DNA from: the human T2T-CHM13v2.0 reference genome, Homo sapiens
NCBI RefSeq assembly: GCF_009914755.1
Contig: NC_060925.1
DNA length: 64,000 bases
Strand: one strand, 5' to 3'
The translations under genes and the position numbers were made by a program. The notes beneath the pieces were generated by a model. That model worked only from the letters and a program-made list of their open reading frames with translations, did no database searches and was not told where the DNA came from. The first letter of the stretch is position 1, and each line of letters opens with the position of its first letter. Shown piece after piece: positions 29,556-43,154 of this stretch.

Positions 29556-30204
29556 GATATAAGAGGACATAGAACAGAAAACCAACCAAAGATAATAATT
29601 GAGAAGCCGTTTTTTAAAATCCCATTTTCATGGCTTTTACTTGTATAATGATAATAAGTGCAAAATATTTAAGGCATCCTTGAGCTCTATTATAATCCTC
29701 AGCTGTTTCAGATTAAGGACGTTGTATCATATTCCTATTTTACTCCATGGTGGGGAGAGTCATCTTGAGCTTAGACACCAAACATAAATAATTTTATTGC
29801 CTTCTGTATTTCCATAGTGTCTTGAAATGCACAGAACATAGCACTCAGATGAACGAGACGTGATTAGTAAGTAAAATGACAGAAAGCATTTTATAGAATA
29901 AATAGAAGGTAAAAAATCTCTGTAGAAATGAGTTGACAAAGATTTGTTGCAATTACATAGAGCTTGATGCTTACAGCAGCTATTGACAAACGTCAAATTC
30001 AAACACTTAGCATCATGTAAGTATAGTCATTAAAATGTCCTGTTATTCAAAAATGTAGTCTTAGAGGGAGCAATCAATAATAAGACACAGACAAGAGGAT
30101 TGGTAAAACCAAGGAGAAATAGCTAAGGAAGTTTTGAGATAAAGAAAACTATGGAAGTGCATAGTTGAATAGTGTATTTTAGTTTTGTCCTTGTAATTTG
30201 TTTT

Positions 30205-31440
30205 ACTTATTAATTCAAAAAATATTTATTAATGACAATTATGTTGAAATTGGAAGCTAAGCAAAATACCATCTTGAAGAAAATGTCAGTAGAGTAGAAA
30301 CCAAATATAATCACATTCAAAGACTTGTAAATAAATCAAATAATTATACAAATACATAATAACAAACTATGATTGAACTATGAAACAAAAGTACAGGTAT
30401 TATGAGAGAAGATTATAGAGGATCTAATTTTTGGAGGGTCCTCAAAAAATGCCAATAAGAGGAAACAATGAGGCAAAGATAAGTATTATTTGGTGGGAGT
30501 GTATAGGGGACTATATTGAAACTTGGGAAATAGAGTGCCAGTTTAAAAAAATCTTAATAGTCATGTAAATTATTGGATACTTCTGTTTCTCAAATATAAT
30601 AAGTATCCCCTTAGACATTTTTAGCAGAAAACTGCCATGTTCAAATTCATGTCTTACATTAGTTATTACTTCTAGTTGGAGAATGAATTAGATGGAAGCA
30701 AGAGTGAAAGTAGATAGAGCAATTCAAGACTGCACATATATGAGATGATGGTAACTTTTAAAATTTAATGGCAGTGGTGTAGAACCAAAGTGGATGAAGT
30801 AAGATTTTTCTCTAGTAGAGTAACAAGGATTTGTGATGGATTTGTGAGGGAAGAGAAGAAAAACTTGAGAATGACTCCTGGCTCTCTAGATTGAGCAAGC
30901 AATGATGTTTTTGACAGTTATGGCAGTTAGGAACAAAGAAAAAGCATTTTGGAGTAGGGAGAGTTGTTGAAGATTGATCACAATGGTCTGACACTTTATT
31001 TAAATTACAAGAAAAACAATCAATATAGTAATATTCAGTAGGTGGTAAGGTGCACATGCTTGACAAGATGTGCCAAGGTATAAAGAATTGTAGGAATTGA
31101 TGATGTATAGTAAGGAGACTCAAGACTAAACACAGAGAAAGTTCCATAAACTTGCGTAAGAAAGAGACCAAAGAAGATTTCAGTAAGGCCCAATATAAGA
31201 ATCAGGATGAAAACTAGGAAAGTATGATTTCACAGAAAGAAACATTTCTTATATATTTTCTTAAATGTATCAGCAACATTTGACGCAGTTACCTATTCTT
31301 TCCTGAAAGGACCTTTACAAAGGTAGGAGGAGATGGGATTAAGCCTACATGTTGGAGGTGCTGGTCTTTAAGAGAATGAAGCACTAATTGATTGATAGTA
31401 GGCAAAATGAATGTGTGCTAATGGATGTGTCAGTGTAGAC
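30205..31440 (-). mobile_element. L2 fragments
   Basis: ATTCAAAAATATTTATT tail, TGAGATGATGGTAACTT and GAATGACTCCTGGCTCTCTAG; purine-rich L2-antisense character. Confidence 0.65.
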
Positions 31441-32224
31441 TCAGAAGTGAGAAGATAAATCATGGAATAGCATCTGTTTTGCCTGTCAGACATCAATCCA
31501 GCAATGAAACTCCTTTGAGGAGTGACTTGTTTCCCAAGGGGAAATAAAATAGGGCTGTACACCTTCTCTCTGACATTAGGGACATGTAACTATATTTTGT
31601 ATGGTAATTTCATTACCATACACCCCTGGCTATATTCATGATCCACATCTATAAAAGCCATGATATTTTACTGGTTTTAAAGAAAAATGTACAATTTACC
31701 CACCAAGTTTGGCAGCAATCCATGGCCAGTCAAACTTTCTGTTCCAATATCCAGTCACTGTTACTTCCCATTTGCTTTCTTGCCTTCCCTTCTGATTTGC
31801 TAAAGTAGCTACAGTAGCTCCTTCATGCTACAGTAGCTCAAAGTCTGGACACAATGTCCTTTTGTCTTGGGCATCTCTAATCTTCTTCCATGGGGAAGGA
31901 GATCAGGATTTGACAAATCTCACCTATCACCCTAGACTATGAGGTCTCAGGAGGCCAGCATCTTCAAAAATCTAACAATAAATCAATCCAGAGGAAAATA
32001 ACTGTAGACCTATTCATCAAAGTTTTAACTATGTTAATTGCAGTTTTCAAAAGCCATAATCAGAGTCTAAGATTCAAGGTCTGTGACTGTTCATTAGTGG
32101 AGAAATGCATTAAACATGTATCTGATATAAACAACCTAGAATTACTTTCTCTTCTATTCACTTGCTACTTAATACAAACAAGCATGGTGATTTGAATTCA
32201 GTGCTGTCAATATATAGAAATTAA

Positions 32225-32352
32225 TAAATACGTCCTTTTCTATAAATCCATCATTTAATTTCCACAAAAATCTATGAGAAAAGTTTTGCTTATCATCCTC
32301 TTTTATAGATTAGCAAATTGAGGAACTGAAGAGTTAAGTCAGTTGGCCAAAG
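32225..32352 (-). mobile_element. MIR fragment
   Basis: CATTTAATTTCCACAA...TTTTATAGATTAGCAAATTGAGG...GTTAAGTCAGTTGGCCAAAG. Confidence 0.65.
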
Positions 32353-33289
32353 AGTGGTTTTAAACTTGATGCACCCCAAGGCAGCAACCTGATACATCAA
32401 CATATGTTCAGATACTAGAATACTAGCAGTAAGTTCTTGTATGTTGAGGATAAAATAATGAGGTAGCTGAATTTAGTAAATCATCAGTTTTTACCAGATA
32501 ATAGTCCTTCACCAGGTGCAATTTGAAAAAAAAGACCTTTATCTCTGCATCATCAATTATTGATGGCCACCAGGAGGGTGCTTATATTTGAATTATAGCA
32601 TGTCAGATTTATTTTCTAAGTGGTAGAAAACTGTACATTTTAATTAAGTTTAAAGTGCCCACCAGGAACTATAATATTATATGAGACATGACCAATAGCG
32701 TGTTAAGAAATATGGCATTCGGCCACAGTGGCCACTTTTATAGCTACTTGAGAAAAAAAGGTTGAACAGCATTATGTTGTAATATATTTCTCATTGGGTT
32801 ATAGATTAATCTCATTTTTGCATATGCCTTTTAAAAATTATAACGGGCAATAGGATGGATGTGTCTACTACAAACATATTTAGATTAAGTGAATAAGAAT
32901 ATTACATAATTAGTGATAATGAATCTCACTAATGATGATTTTATTTGAAGCTAATATTTTAACAGAACAAATTTTGCATAATTTTATTTGTTTGCTTAGT
33001 TCAATTTTCTAACTCAAATATGTGTATGTTCTGAGTTCCATTCACACGTTAAGGAAATAAATGTTGAAAATGTATTATGCACACGTTATAATATCAAGGT
33101 TTAAGAATTTAGGTTCACCTGACTCCAGAAGATCAAAATACTTTCCTTTTCTAAGTAAATTTTGTGGGACATTTGAAACACTCTTAGTATTTTGGACAGA
33201 GAAATCAGACCATTTGAAACAATGAATTTTGAATTATTCAGTTATCACTTAGTGCCCTTTTCATTTAATCATTTGTTTCTGGTTATTTG

Positions 33290-34560
33290 TTTATTGATTC
33301 AATCAATAAATCATCACTGAAACAAACAGAAACTAGGTACGCTGCCTTTGCCCTGAATAAAGTTAGCTGATTTTTTGTTTTGTTTTGTTTTGTTTTGAGA
33401 GGGTGGTGTAAACCAGATATCTAAATTAAATATTTTCAATCAAATAAGATAAGTACTTATATATGTAAATACGAAAAAAGGGATGCTTCAAAGAAAGAAA
33501 AATCAACTCCATCTTGAACCTTGGAAGTTCAAAGGAGGTATCATAGAGTCAATACTTGATCTGAGTATTAAATAATGAACAGGAGTTCAGCATTCAGTCG
33601 AGTATGAGTGTACAATAGCATGCAAATAATTGTAGGAAATCTCACAAATAGTTCAATTTAGTTTAAAAAATATGTATTGAATTATTTAATTTATACATGT
33701 TTATTGAATTATAATTATCAGAGAATTCAGAGAAAAAAAGTTCTTACCTTTAACAAATTCAATCTAGAAAGTTGACCAAATAAGTAAACACATAATTTAA
33801 AATAATGTGGAAAATTTACAGCCTTAGGAGTATGTGTAACATAAAGATATAATACTGAAGAAAGAATAATAAATTATTCATATGGCAGGGGCAACAGAAG
33901 GTTACTGAAGGATGAAGACGGATCTCCCCTATAGCAAGGAGAGAGTGTTCCAGAAAAGTAAGAAGGAAAATTACCCAGAATAGAAACAGATGGGCATGTA
34001 CAGACCATGAATCATCCCAAATTGCTGGAACACAATGTTTAAGGGAAAGGTAGAGAAAGACAAAGAGAATATGGTATGAAGATATAAGTGCTTACTAAGG
34101 AACTTTGAATCACTAGCAATCAGGAGTCTCTAAATTTGAATGTGACCAACAAGGATTATGCAAGATTATTCACTGGAATGCCCATAGAACAATGGATTCT
34201 GATTATTTTTATCTCATCTTATTTTCTATTTTGTATATGTTTTATAACTTCTACAACATAGTAAGCCATGTATATAATTTATAAAAAAGTGAATACGAAT
34301 ACCTTGAGAGGAGGTGAAGACCATGGTTATAGATGGTGGAGAGCCACACAAAAGCAGAAGGTGATAAAGTCAGATATTTGCTTCAGAAAGATGATAAACA
34401 ATTAAGGACAGCGAAAGATAGATTGGTTAGCAGACTAGTAGAATAATGCAGGAGATCTAGTAAGGGCTTAAAATAATTTGTTTTTAATAGAGTTAGAAAC
34501 AAAGCATCAGAACCAAGACACAAATAAAAGAAAAATGTAACACTCCTTGGTTGATTGGAT
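33290..34560 (-). mobile_element. Scattered L2 fragments
   Basis: Degenerate L2-antisense blocks such as CTTGATCTGAGTATTAAATAATGAACAGGAGTT; boundaries uncertain. Confidence 0.45.
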
Positions 34561-34569
34561 AACTAACTC

Positions 34570-34722
34570 ATTTGTTGACCAAATATTAGGGGTTAGATAT
34601 CATGCTGCATGCTTCAAATGCCTTACTTAATCCTCATAGCAATGATTGGGTTGTCATTCTTATTTTACTTATGAGAGAAAAACAAAGCTTAGGGAAGTTA
34701 AAAAATTAATAAAAAGGTACAT
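34570..34722 (-). mobile_element. MIR fragment
   Basis: CTTAATCCTCATAGCAA...TATGAGAGAAAAACAAAGCTTAGGGAAGTTAA. Confidence 0.6.
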
Positions 34723-35906
34723 GTGGGAAGAAAGTAAAGTTAGTAAGCCTCAGGAAGACACTGATAACCACTTGCCTCTGAAGAAAAAATTAGGATGGGG
34801 GATGGGGTGGAGAAGCAGAAAATTGGATGAGAGGACAGGAGTTAGACAGAAATGATGATTTATCCAAAGATTTTAATTTGATATTTCAAAGATGACATTT
34901 GTAGTAATGATGTACATTCTCCAATTGATAAAAATTTTCACCTATGACGTAGTGATTTCAAATGCACTGAACAATCCAGAATGCTTTAAAAATTCTATTA
35001 AGTGTACCTTACCAACAATTATAAATTCTATACTGATTATGTCATATAGAACTGTAAAAGAATCAAGATCTTCATCAGACATCAATAATTTTTCAGCAAC
35101 AGTTGAAGAGTCTGAATGAAAAATCTACATTGTGAAGCGCAATACCAATTCAAGCAAATATTTAGAACACAAAACTGCAATAATATAATAAATTCAAATT
35201 TGAGGGGAGCTTTAAGAATTAATTATAAATTTAAATTAATGAAAATATACCATAGTCTTCCAAACTAATCCGATGTTATTTTCCAGAAGAATGCTTCAGC
35301 TTTTCTAATTGTTAAACAAGATTTGGCAGAATAATGGAGTTATTTATATTTACTCATTATCCTAGATTTGTTCCTTTAGCATTCGTGAAAAATTATTTGA
35401 AAGTATTCTGAGGTTAAGAAGACCACCCTAATAAATTCAGCAATCACTGTCTTTTTTTTTCTTCCTCAAGTAGGTATAATTTTCAAGTTAGGTAAGGCTC
35501 TAGAGATGCTACCTGTGGCATTTCTTAGAGAAGTGAGTTAATGCTATTTAGAGACCTAAAAATCACCTTCCTCCTGATTATTTTGGAGCTTTTGGGCTCT
35601 TTGATGTTTCTATCTTCTTTGAAGGGGATGGCTGCTGCCGGACAGAGATATGCAGATGTGGCAAGCCTGAAGGACTCAAATCACACTCAAGGGAAGCTGA
35701 ACAAGATAGCTTTCCTTCAAAATGTTTTGTGGTTTTTGATGAGATTTTAGGAAACACCCACAGTATTGATTGAGGCAAAGGTATAGAACTGCAGAACCCT
35801 ATAGTTGCTGTATATGTGCTCTGAAAAAGAAAAAAAAAAGCCTATTTAGTTTTTTAGAGATCACTAGCAGTTAGGGTAAACTCTGACAAATAAATGCAAC
35901 CACAAA

Positions 35907-35911
35907 TACAC

Positions 35912-35943
<32 letters not shown>
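35907..35943. repeat. (CA)n microsatellite
   Basis: Seen directly. Confidence 0.93.
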
Positions 35944-36225
35944 TTCCTACATGTGTATGCACCTCACTGCTCAGTCATTCTATACCTAAGGGCAGAAGAA
36001 ATTTAATGAACCCTATATTTCACCCAATGATATGTTTATCCCAGAGGATGAAGATTACAGAGGATAAGAAAGGTCACTATCTTTTTGTTTCATACATATT
36101 AAAGGTAAAATTGAATTCCATTAAGCATAGTGTGGGCATAGTTTATCATAACAGCAACAATGTTCATATTTATAATTCTCTATTTCTTCTCAGTTAATGC
36201 TTCCTAGTTAGAATGACATAGTAGA

Positions 36226-36683
<458 letters not shown>

Positions 36684-39600
36684 TCCTGAACTCACCAATA
36701 GTAATTCCTATTAGTGTAGTAAAATTATAAATAAACATTTGCTTTTTAACCCATATATAAAATAGTTTATGTTATTTGTAAATTAGAATTATCTTTAAAG
36801 TTTTGGTGTTTGTTGTATTATGATTAGTGGTTGAAATATTGTTAATACTGAGAATAAATAGGTCAAAATGGTCCAATTCAATTAGTTCAGATATATTTCT
36901 AAATGTTTATTTTATTATAATAATAAAACACAGTTTCTTGTTTATCTTATTATAGGTAAATATTCATTGTATAAATCACATCAACTGTGATTAGACAGAT
37001 TTTTTCCAATTTTTTCTTGGGATAATTTCTAAATACAGTAAATGATTTCAGTTATTTACTAAGTCAGGATAAATAAATGAAGAGAACTATTCCCCAGTAA
37101 TGAAATGCCTGTAAACAAGACAATTTTCTTTCACTTCTATGTTCAATCTCCACTGTAAATAATATTTTGTGTTGACTGTGGTTAAGTTTAAAACAGAAAC
37201 TTGTAAAATTCACTGCATAGAATGTACATAAAAGGCTATGAAGTGCAGCAATCTGGATCTGTATGCTCTTCTTAGTTTTCTACACAATCCTATTCACTTA
37301 TTCACTTTTCACCTCTCTGTCTTTTCTAACCATCTACGAAATTCTAAATGACTAATTAGGTATTAACACTTTGCCTTAAACCAGAGCCTACAAAGTTGAA
37401 TGTAGAAGGGTACGTAGTAGATTTTTGGGCATATTTTAGCCTTATCTTTTGCTTTGCTTTCTTTTAAAGGAGTCTCTGGTGAGAACGGCATGAAACAAGT
37501 ATTTGCAAGTCTTATAAACCGCTTTAATATATGTCTTCTGCGTTTGTAAAAACATTTGTAAGGAAAACAAGACAGTGTCATACTTCTGTGTTTGTGCACA
37601 AACATTGTGACTGTATCCTTTAGTCCTCCTGTTAGCAGCATTAGATTTAAACAATTTTATTGAATCAAATTCAAAAGACACTTTGTGGGGCTGATAAAAA
37701 CAGTAGAGAAGTTGTAAAATAAGCAAGATAAGGCAAAAATCTTTATGGGATGGCGATCATAATGTTGTGCAAGCCTGCATCACAGGCATTATACCCATTT
37801 CTCCTCTGGCACATTCAGTGAGCTCTGATCTGCCTTGTTGCTTCTAAATGCTATTTTCTTAGTGAGGCTATAGCACTAGATTGGCCACTAAATTTGACAG
37901 AAAACAGTCCTCAACAGGCCCTGTCTCTCACACTTGTTTTTTCAGAATATATTCTGTAGCATATCCAGTCAGAAATTATGCAAAATCTTGCAAAGTATAG
38001 AGTGGTTGGTTTGGTTTTTGATGCCTTAGACAGAAAAATATTGATTGAAATAGTAGTAGCATCAACCCAATCCAGAAATCTACCTCCACCAGTATTTATG
38101 AGGATTTCTCAAGTTTTTATGAAAAGATCAGAGTCATTGTTGTGAATTATCAAATCAATATAACAGTAGGAAGGGGTTTTATATGTAAAGGATGTTTTCA
38201 GTGCAACTTTATACACTTGTCTAAGAATAACTGTAAGATGTACATAGCACAATTCTAATTTAAATATTTAGTTTCTTCTCTCAGAACAGCTTCTAATCTG
38301 ATCTGTTCTGGATGTCTCTCATCCTATGCTCTCTTTCTTATTCCACTTCGGTTTGAACTGGCAAAACCCTGATAACATTTTATTTAAGTCTTGATGATTT
38401 TTGAGAGATTTTAACATGTTTCTGTGGAGGCATTTCCCCCTCAAACAATCTCTAAAAAGCTGGCTACCCCCCTCTTTTATTGTTACATGCTATCAGTCTA
38501 GGGTTCTTGGGATAAAAGACACAGAAAACAGCTTTAGCAAGCTTAAGGAGTTGCTCCCAGAGACAATAGAAACTGTGAAAGGCATTTTATTGCTCTCATT
38601 TTCTGACTTGGCTTGAAGAAAAACCAGATCCCGATTAGACTCAAAGAAACAAACAAAAAACATAAACCAGAATTTTTGTGGAGACGATTATACTCTGACC
38701 TACCTATGAATGAAACTCTCATCTTAACTATTTAGCCTACTAGATGCAGGACTGTTTCTAGCTTGCCTGGATTGTGGATGCTCTTGAGATTTTCACTGCC
38801 CCATCCAGTGGCAATAGAAGTAAGAAAGACAAACATGAATTTCACGTCAGGCCTTGCAGAGAAGAAAGTTGATTGTTTAAATATACATTTTGCATTTTAA
38901 AACTTCAGTTTTGTGGGTGTTTTGCTGAGTAACTGTGGAGAAGCTGTGCTCATTTAAACAGTGTCATGGCTGTCTATGCAATAGGCTGCATATAAGACCC
39001 CTTTTCCTCCAAGTATAACTTTGTTTGTTCAAATGCTCTCAGATGTAAAGCTGTCTTCATCAACTTTAACCCCTGTGAAATGATTTCAGCTAGCTTCCTT
39101 TCTCCATTTCCAATCATACATATCTTTATTTACTGAACGTGTCTGGCAACCTGTTAATGCCACAAGCATGAAAAAAAATAAGTGATGATACCTAGCTACA
39201 ATGAAATCAGAATTTAATTATGTAAATAAACATAAAAATAATTTCATGTCACTGTGGCTATCTCAGTGATAAGGGTCTCATCTTATTTATGTTTAGCCAA
39301 TTCACAGAAGCGCTTTGTATTCCATTCGTTATTAAATAAATATATTTAATTAAAAATACAGCTTCATGACTACTGAAATAGAAATACATATTCAGCATTA
39401 TTGGAGCATTGAAGAGGAACCAATGAGTTGCCTATGAGTTTCAGGATAGTTTTCACATTTAAATTGAGAGATGAAGAGACATGTAAAATAATAATTCTAC
39501 ACATGGGGAAATAATGAAACACTGGGTTGAGAGCACAGTTGTGTCCTAAGTTACTAGATCAAATGACACTTCAAGGTAGCAATTTTGACATTATGCCATA

Positions 39601-41614
39601 AATATGTTACCTATCAGAAAACATGAGAAGAATCTTGGCCAGCTGGTAAGCCAATTCTTAATTAATGAAAGACTAGTGATCTCTGATACTCAACAATTGA
39701 TTAGATTTTTGATATGATACTGCAGTGGGTGAGAGAAAATTGAGTGGAGATGCTTAGAATAAAACACTATAGTTGTTATTTTGTAGCAAGTTGAGTAGAA
39801 AATTAACCACTTTATCTGTGATTTGACATTTTTAAAAGTTTAGATTTTGAAAATATTTAATACGTACTTGTTCTTATCCACAGTTTATAATAATACACAT
39901 AAACCCTTAATAAATTCATGTTAATTTATAATGTTTCAGCCCCTTTCTTGAATATGACTTCTAAAAGTTAAGGAGAATGTTAAGGAAAAATGATGATTTT
40001 TTAAAAAAATTAAGCCTTATAAACATGGATTATGGTTTGGAGGTCACAATTTTTTATTAATAAGCAAAGAAAGGTTTCTATTTATCTAAGTCATACATCC
40101 TAAATCTCAGGGTAAAAATTTGCCTTAGTAACAAAAAATACTACTAACAAAATGTTATTAATTTATAATAGTTAATATATAATTAATAACAATAATAATA
40201 ATTTGAAGGTTTATAAAATCCTTAAAATACCTGATTTTTAGGGTTTAGTTTACCAGCTCTAGCTAGCAAAAGGAGATTGCATAAAAAAAGGCATTATTAT
40301 CCATAAGGGAAAACATTAAACGGAAGAGGACAGTAGAAAAATAAGGATTTAACCAATTTGTGTCTAAAATTGTTTAGAGGTGCCCATTACATTCAATTTT
40401 AACTACAAGTAAAATTTACAGTAGCTATTTCTTGAATAGATAAATATCCCACTCAAAACAATATAAGACTAGGTGTGTATCAAAAACCAATGAGAAGTCA
40501 GGCCTCACTCGTCTTACTGGATGTAATTTTAATTCAACCACCTTGTTGGAATGACAGTTATATAGCTCACAATAGGTTTGAAATTATGTAAATTATGTAA
40601 CTGGTAGGCACATTTATGAGATTCTCACTTCCTTAGCAATTTTAGAATTATGCAGACTGATTCGTGGTAATTGTTATATTGCACGGGGTTGCACAAAATC
40701 CCCTGGTTAATTTGTAGGACAACACTGGGAGTGCATGGGATGAACAGTGGGCCTGGCAGCACTAATACCTGCTTATGATGGGAGAGCACAGGCAGTTGCT
40801 GGGGAAATGCTAGATGAAACAATACTCTTTTACATTTATTTTATTTGTTTAGTGCCATTCTACTTTTTTTTCAGAAAACACTTAAAATAGTGTAAACACA
40901 TGCATTTACATCAGAAGGCTTTTTAAAAATAAATGAATAATCCTAGAATTTAGGATCAGGAAAATTAATATGTTAGTCCATGGCCATGTTATGGCATAAA
41001 TTTGGCTCTGAGTTTTTGGCATTCAGTGCAAAAAAGACTATGTTTACTTATGTGTTGCAACATTTTCATAATATTTTAATGCTATTTTTATCAGGAGTAG
41101 TAAAAACATTCCTTACACTAGTACTTGATATGCATATTTCTCGTACGAGAAAAACACTGTGAAATGTTGTGAAGATTCTCAAAATCCTTACAGTTTCAAC
41201 AAAAGAGGTTAATCAATAAAGGTATATCAGTAGATTGCTTATATAGGTGGTCTGATACTAGTGTTTAAGAAAGCACCATCTAAAATAGTAGACAATTCAA
41301 TAGCACATAGTTTAGAGAATATGCCCAATTCACTACAAAGTTTTACTAGGCATATAGTCACTAAAGGGAAATATGCTTTGTCACTCTATTTTTGCCTTAA
41401 TTTTAAAAATAGCAGCTATGGAAAATGAACTGAGTTATGATTCGATTTCCATCATAAAAATATTGTATGGGACTCAAATAAATGCATATGCAAATATTGT
41501 TGATCTTACTCTAATAGATTAGCAACATTAATTTTTCTATGCACTGTGCAAACCCACATATCTTCCATCCAAGAGGCCAAAATTTTTCCATGTAAGTGTT
41601 TAGATCATTATTTG

Positions 41615-42420
41615 TGCATTCATTCATTCATTCATTTTATAAATATTTCTGAGTGTTTGCTAAGTGACAGTCATTGTCCTTAGTGCTTGGAATATAACCA
41701 TGGACAAAACAGATAAATTTCTCGACCCCCATAGATCTTACATTCTAGCAAGGGGAAATAGTCAATAAACAATAAGTAAAATTATAAGCATGAGAACATT
41801 TTTTATGAATACTATGAGAAAAAAACAGAAAAAGTATGTCAGGCCATTCTTGCATTGCTCTAAAGAAATACCTGAAACTGAGTAATTTATAAAGAAAAGT
41901 TTAATTGGCTCATGGTTCTGCAGGCTTTATAGGAAGCATGTTGCTTGCATTTATTGGGCTTCTAGCGAGATCTCAGGAAGCTTGCAATTATGGCAGAAGG
42001 CGAAAGAGGAGCCGGCACGTCACATGGCTGAGAGTTGGGGAGGAGTTACCACACACTTTTAAAGGACCAGATATTGCAAGAACTCACTATCTCAAAGACA
42101 GCATGAAACCATGAGGGATTAGCCCCCATGATTCAAACAACTCCCACCATGCCCCACATCCAACTTTGGGGATTACAATTCAACATGTTATTTGGGCATG
42201 GACAAATACTCAAATTATATCATAGAGCAAGGTCAGAGGGGAGTTGCAATTTCAAATAGAGTGGTCAGAGCGGGTCTCACACTGAGGACTAGAAGGTAAA
42301 GGAGTGCATTCTGGTGAAGAACATTCAATGTAGAGAAAACAGAAAGTGACAAGGCCCTAATGTAAATATGCCTGTGGTATTTAAAGAACAGCTATAGGAC
42401 TGTGTGTGGAATTGAGAAGA
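41615..42420 (-). mobile_element. L2 3' end, interrupted by MSTB
   Basis: (CATT)n tail, GATCTTACATTCTAG; resumes after 42222 with AAATAGAGTGGTCAGAG...AAGGCCCTAATG. Confidence 0.75.
41835..42222 (-). mobile_element. MSTB-like MaLR solo LTR
   Basis: GCATTGCTCTAAAGAAATACCTGAAACTG...GGGGATTACAATTCAACATG...CAAATTATATCA. Confidence 0.9.
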
Positions 42421-42589
42421 TCTCAGAGTAGTATGTCTCAACACTGCACAGGACATACTTATGCTTCAAAAAGTTTATCTGATATTCAAACTTTATTGAA
42501 ACTAAGCATATGTCTTTAAATTTACTGGGATGTAAAACCTCTATCTAGGGTATGTCAAGGGGAATGAAAGTTTAAAGAATACTACTCTA

Positions 42590-42885
42590 GGCCGGTCGCG
42601 GTGGCTCATGCCTGTAATCCCAGCACTTTGGGAGGCCGAGGCAGCTGGATCATGAGGTCAAGAGATCAAGACCATCCTGGCCAACATGATGAGACTCCGC
42701 CTCTACTACAAATACAAAAATTAGATGGGCGTGGTGGCAGGCAACTGTAGTCCCAGCTACTTGGGAGGCTGAGGCAAGAGAATCGCTTGAACCCAGGAGG
42801 TGGAGGTTGCAGTGAGAGAGATAGCACCACTGCACTTCAGCCTGGCAACAGAGCGAGACTCTGTCTCGAAAACAAACAAACAAAA
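42590..42885 (+). mobile_element. AluSc
   Basis: Sc diagnostic GAGGTCAAGAGATCAAGACCATCCTGGCCAAC; 16-bp TSD AAAGAATAC/TTACTCTA at 42574-42589 and 42886-42901. Confidence 0.94.
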
Positions 42886-43022
42886 AAAGAATATTACTCT
42901 AAATATATGAGTACCTACTTTTATTTAGGTAAATATTTTATAAATTATGTTATTAATTGTAGCATACAACATGACAGTACATACAGAAATAAAAATATAC
43001 AACCTCTCAGGTTGCATATTTC

Positions 43023-43154
43023 CTTTAAACTAATAGGTTATGTTTATTCCTAGAAAATTATCAATTTGCATTCTTCTTTACACTCTTTTAGAATATTAGA
43101 ATTAGAATTAGAATATTATTTTACTTGACTAAATATTCAGTAATTTGAAAATTG
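43023..43154 (+). repeat. Dispersed direct repeat, copy B (132 bp, includes a 20-nt GAATTA expansion)
   Basis: Five substitutions and one 20-nt insertion relative to 36572-36683. Confidence 0.95.

Noticed and set aside
31805-31840. Micro-duplications (GCTACAGTAGCTC x2; also AAATTATGT x2 near 40582)
   Set aside because: Ordinary slippage products of expected frequency.
32564-32583. CTCF-like TGGCCACCAGGAGGGTGCT
   Set aside because: An extra base shifts the 3' half of the core out of register, so the match is poor without ChIP data.
38485-38800. Possible very old MaLR/ERVL LTR (similar hints near 1130-1200, 42430-42530 and 61430-61700)
   Set aside because: Too degenerate to assign family or boundaries by eye.
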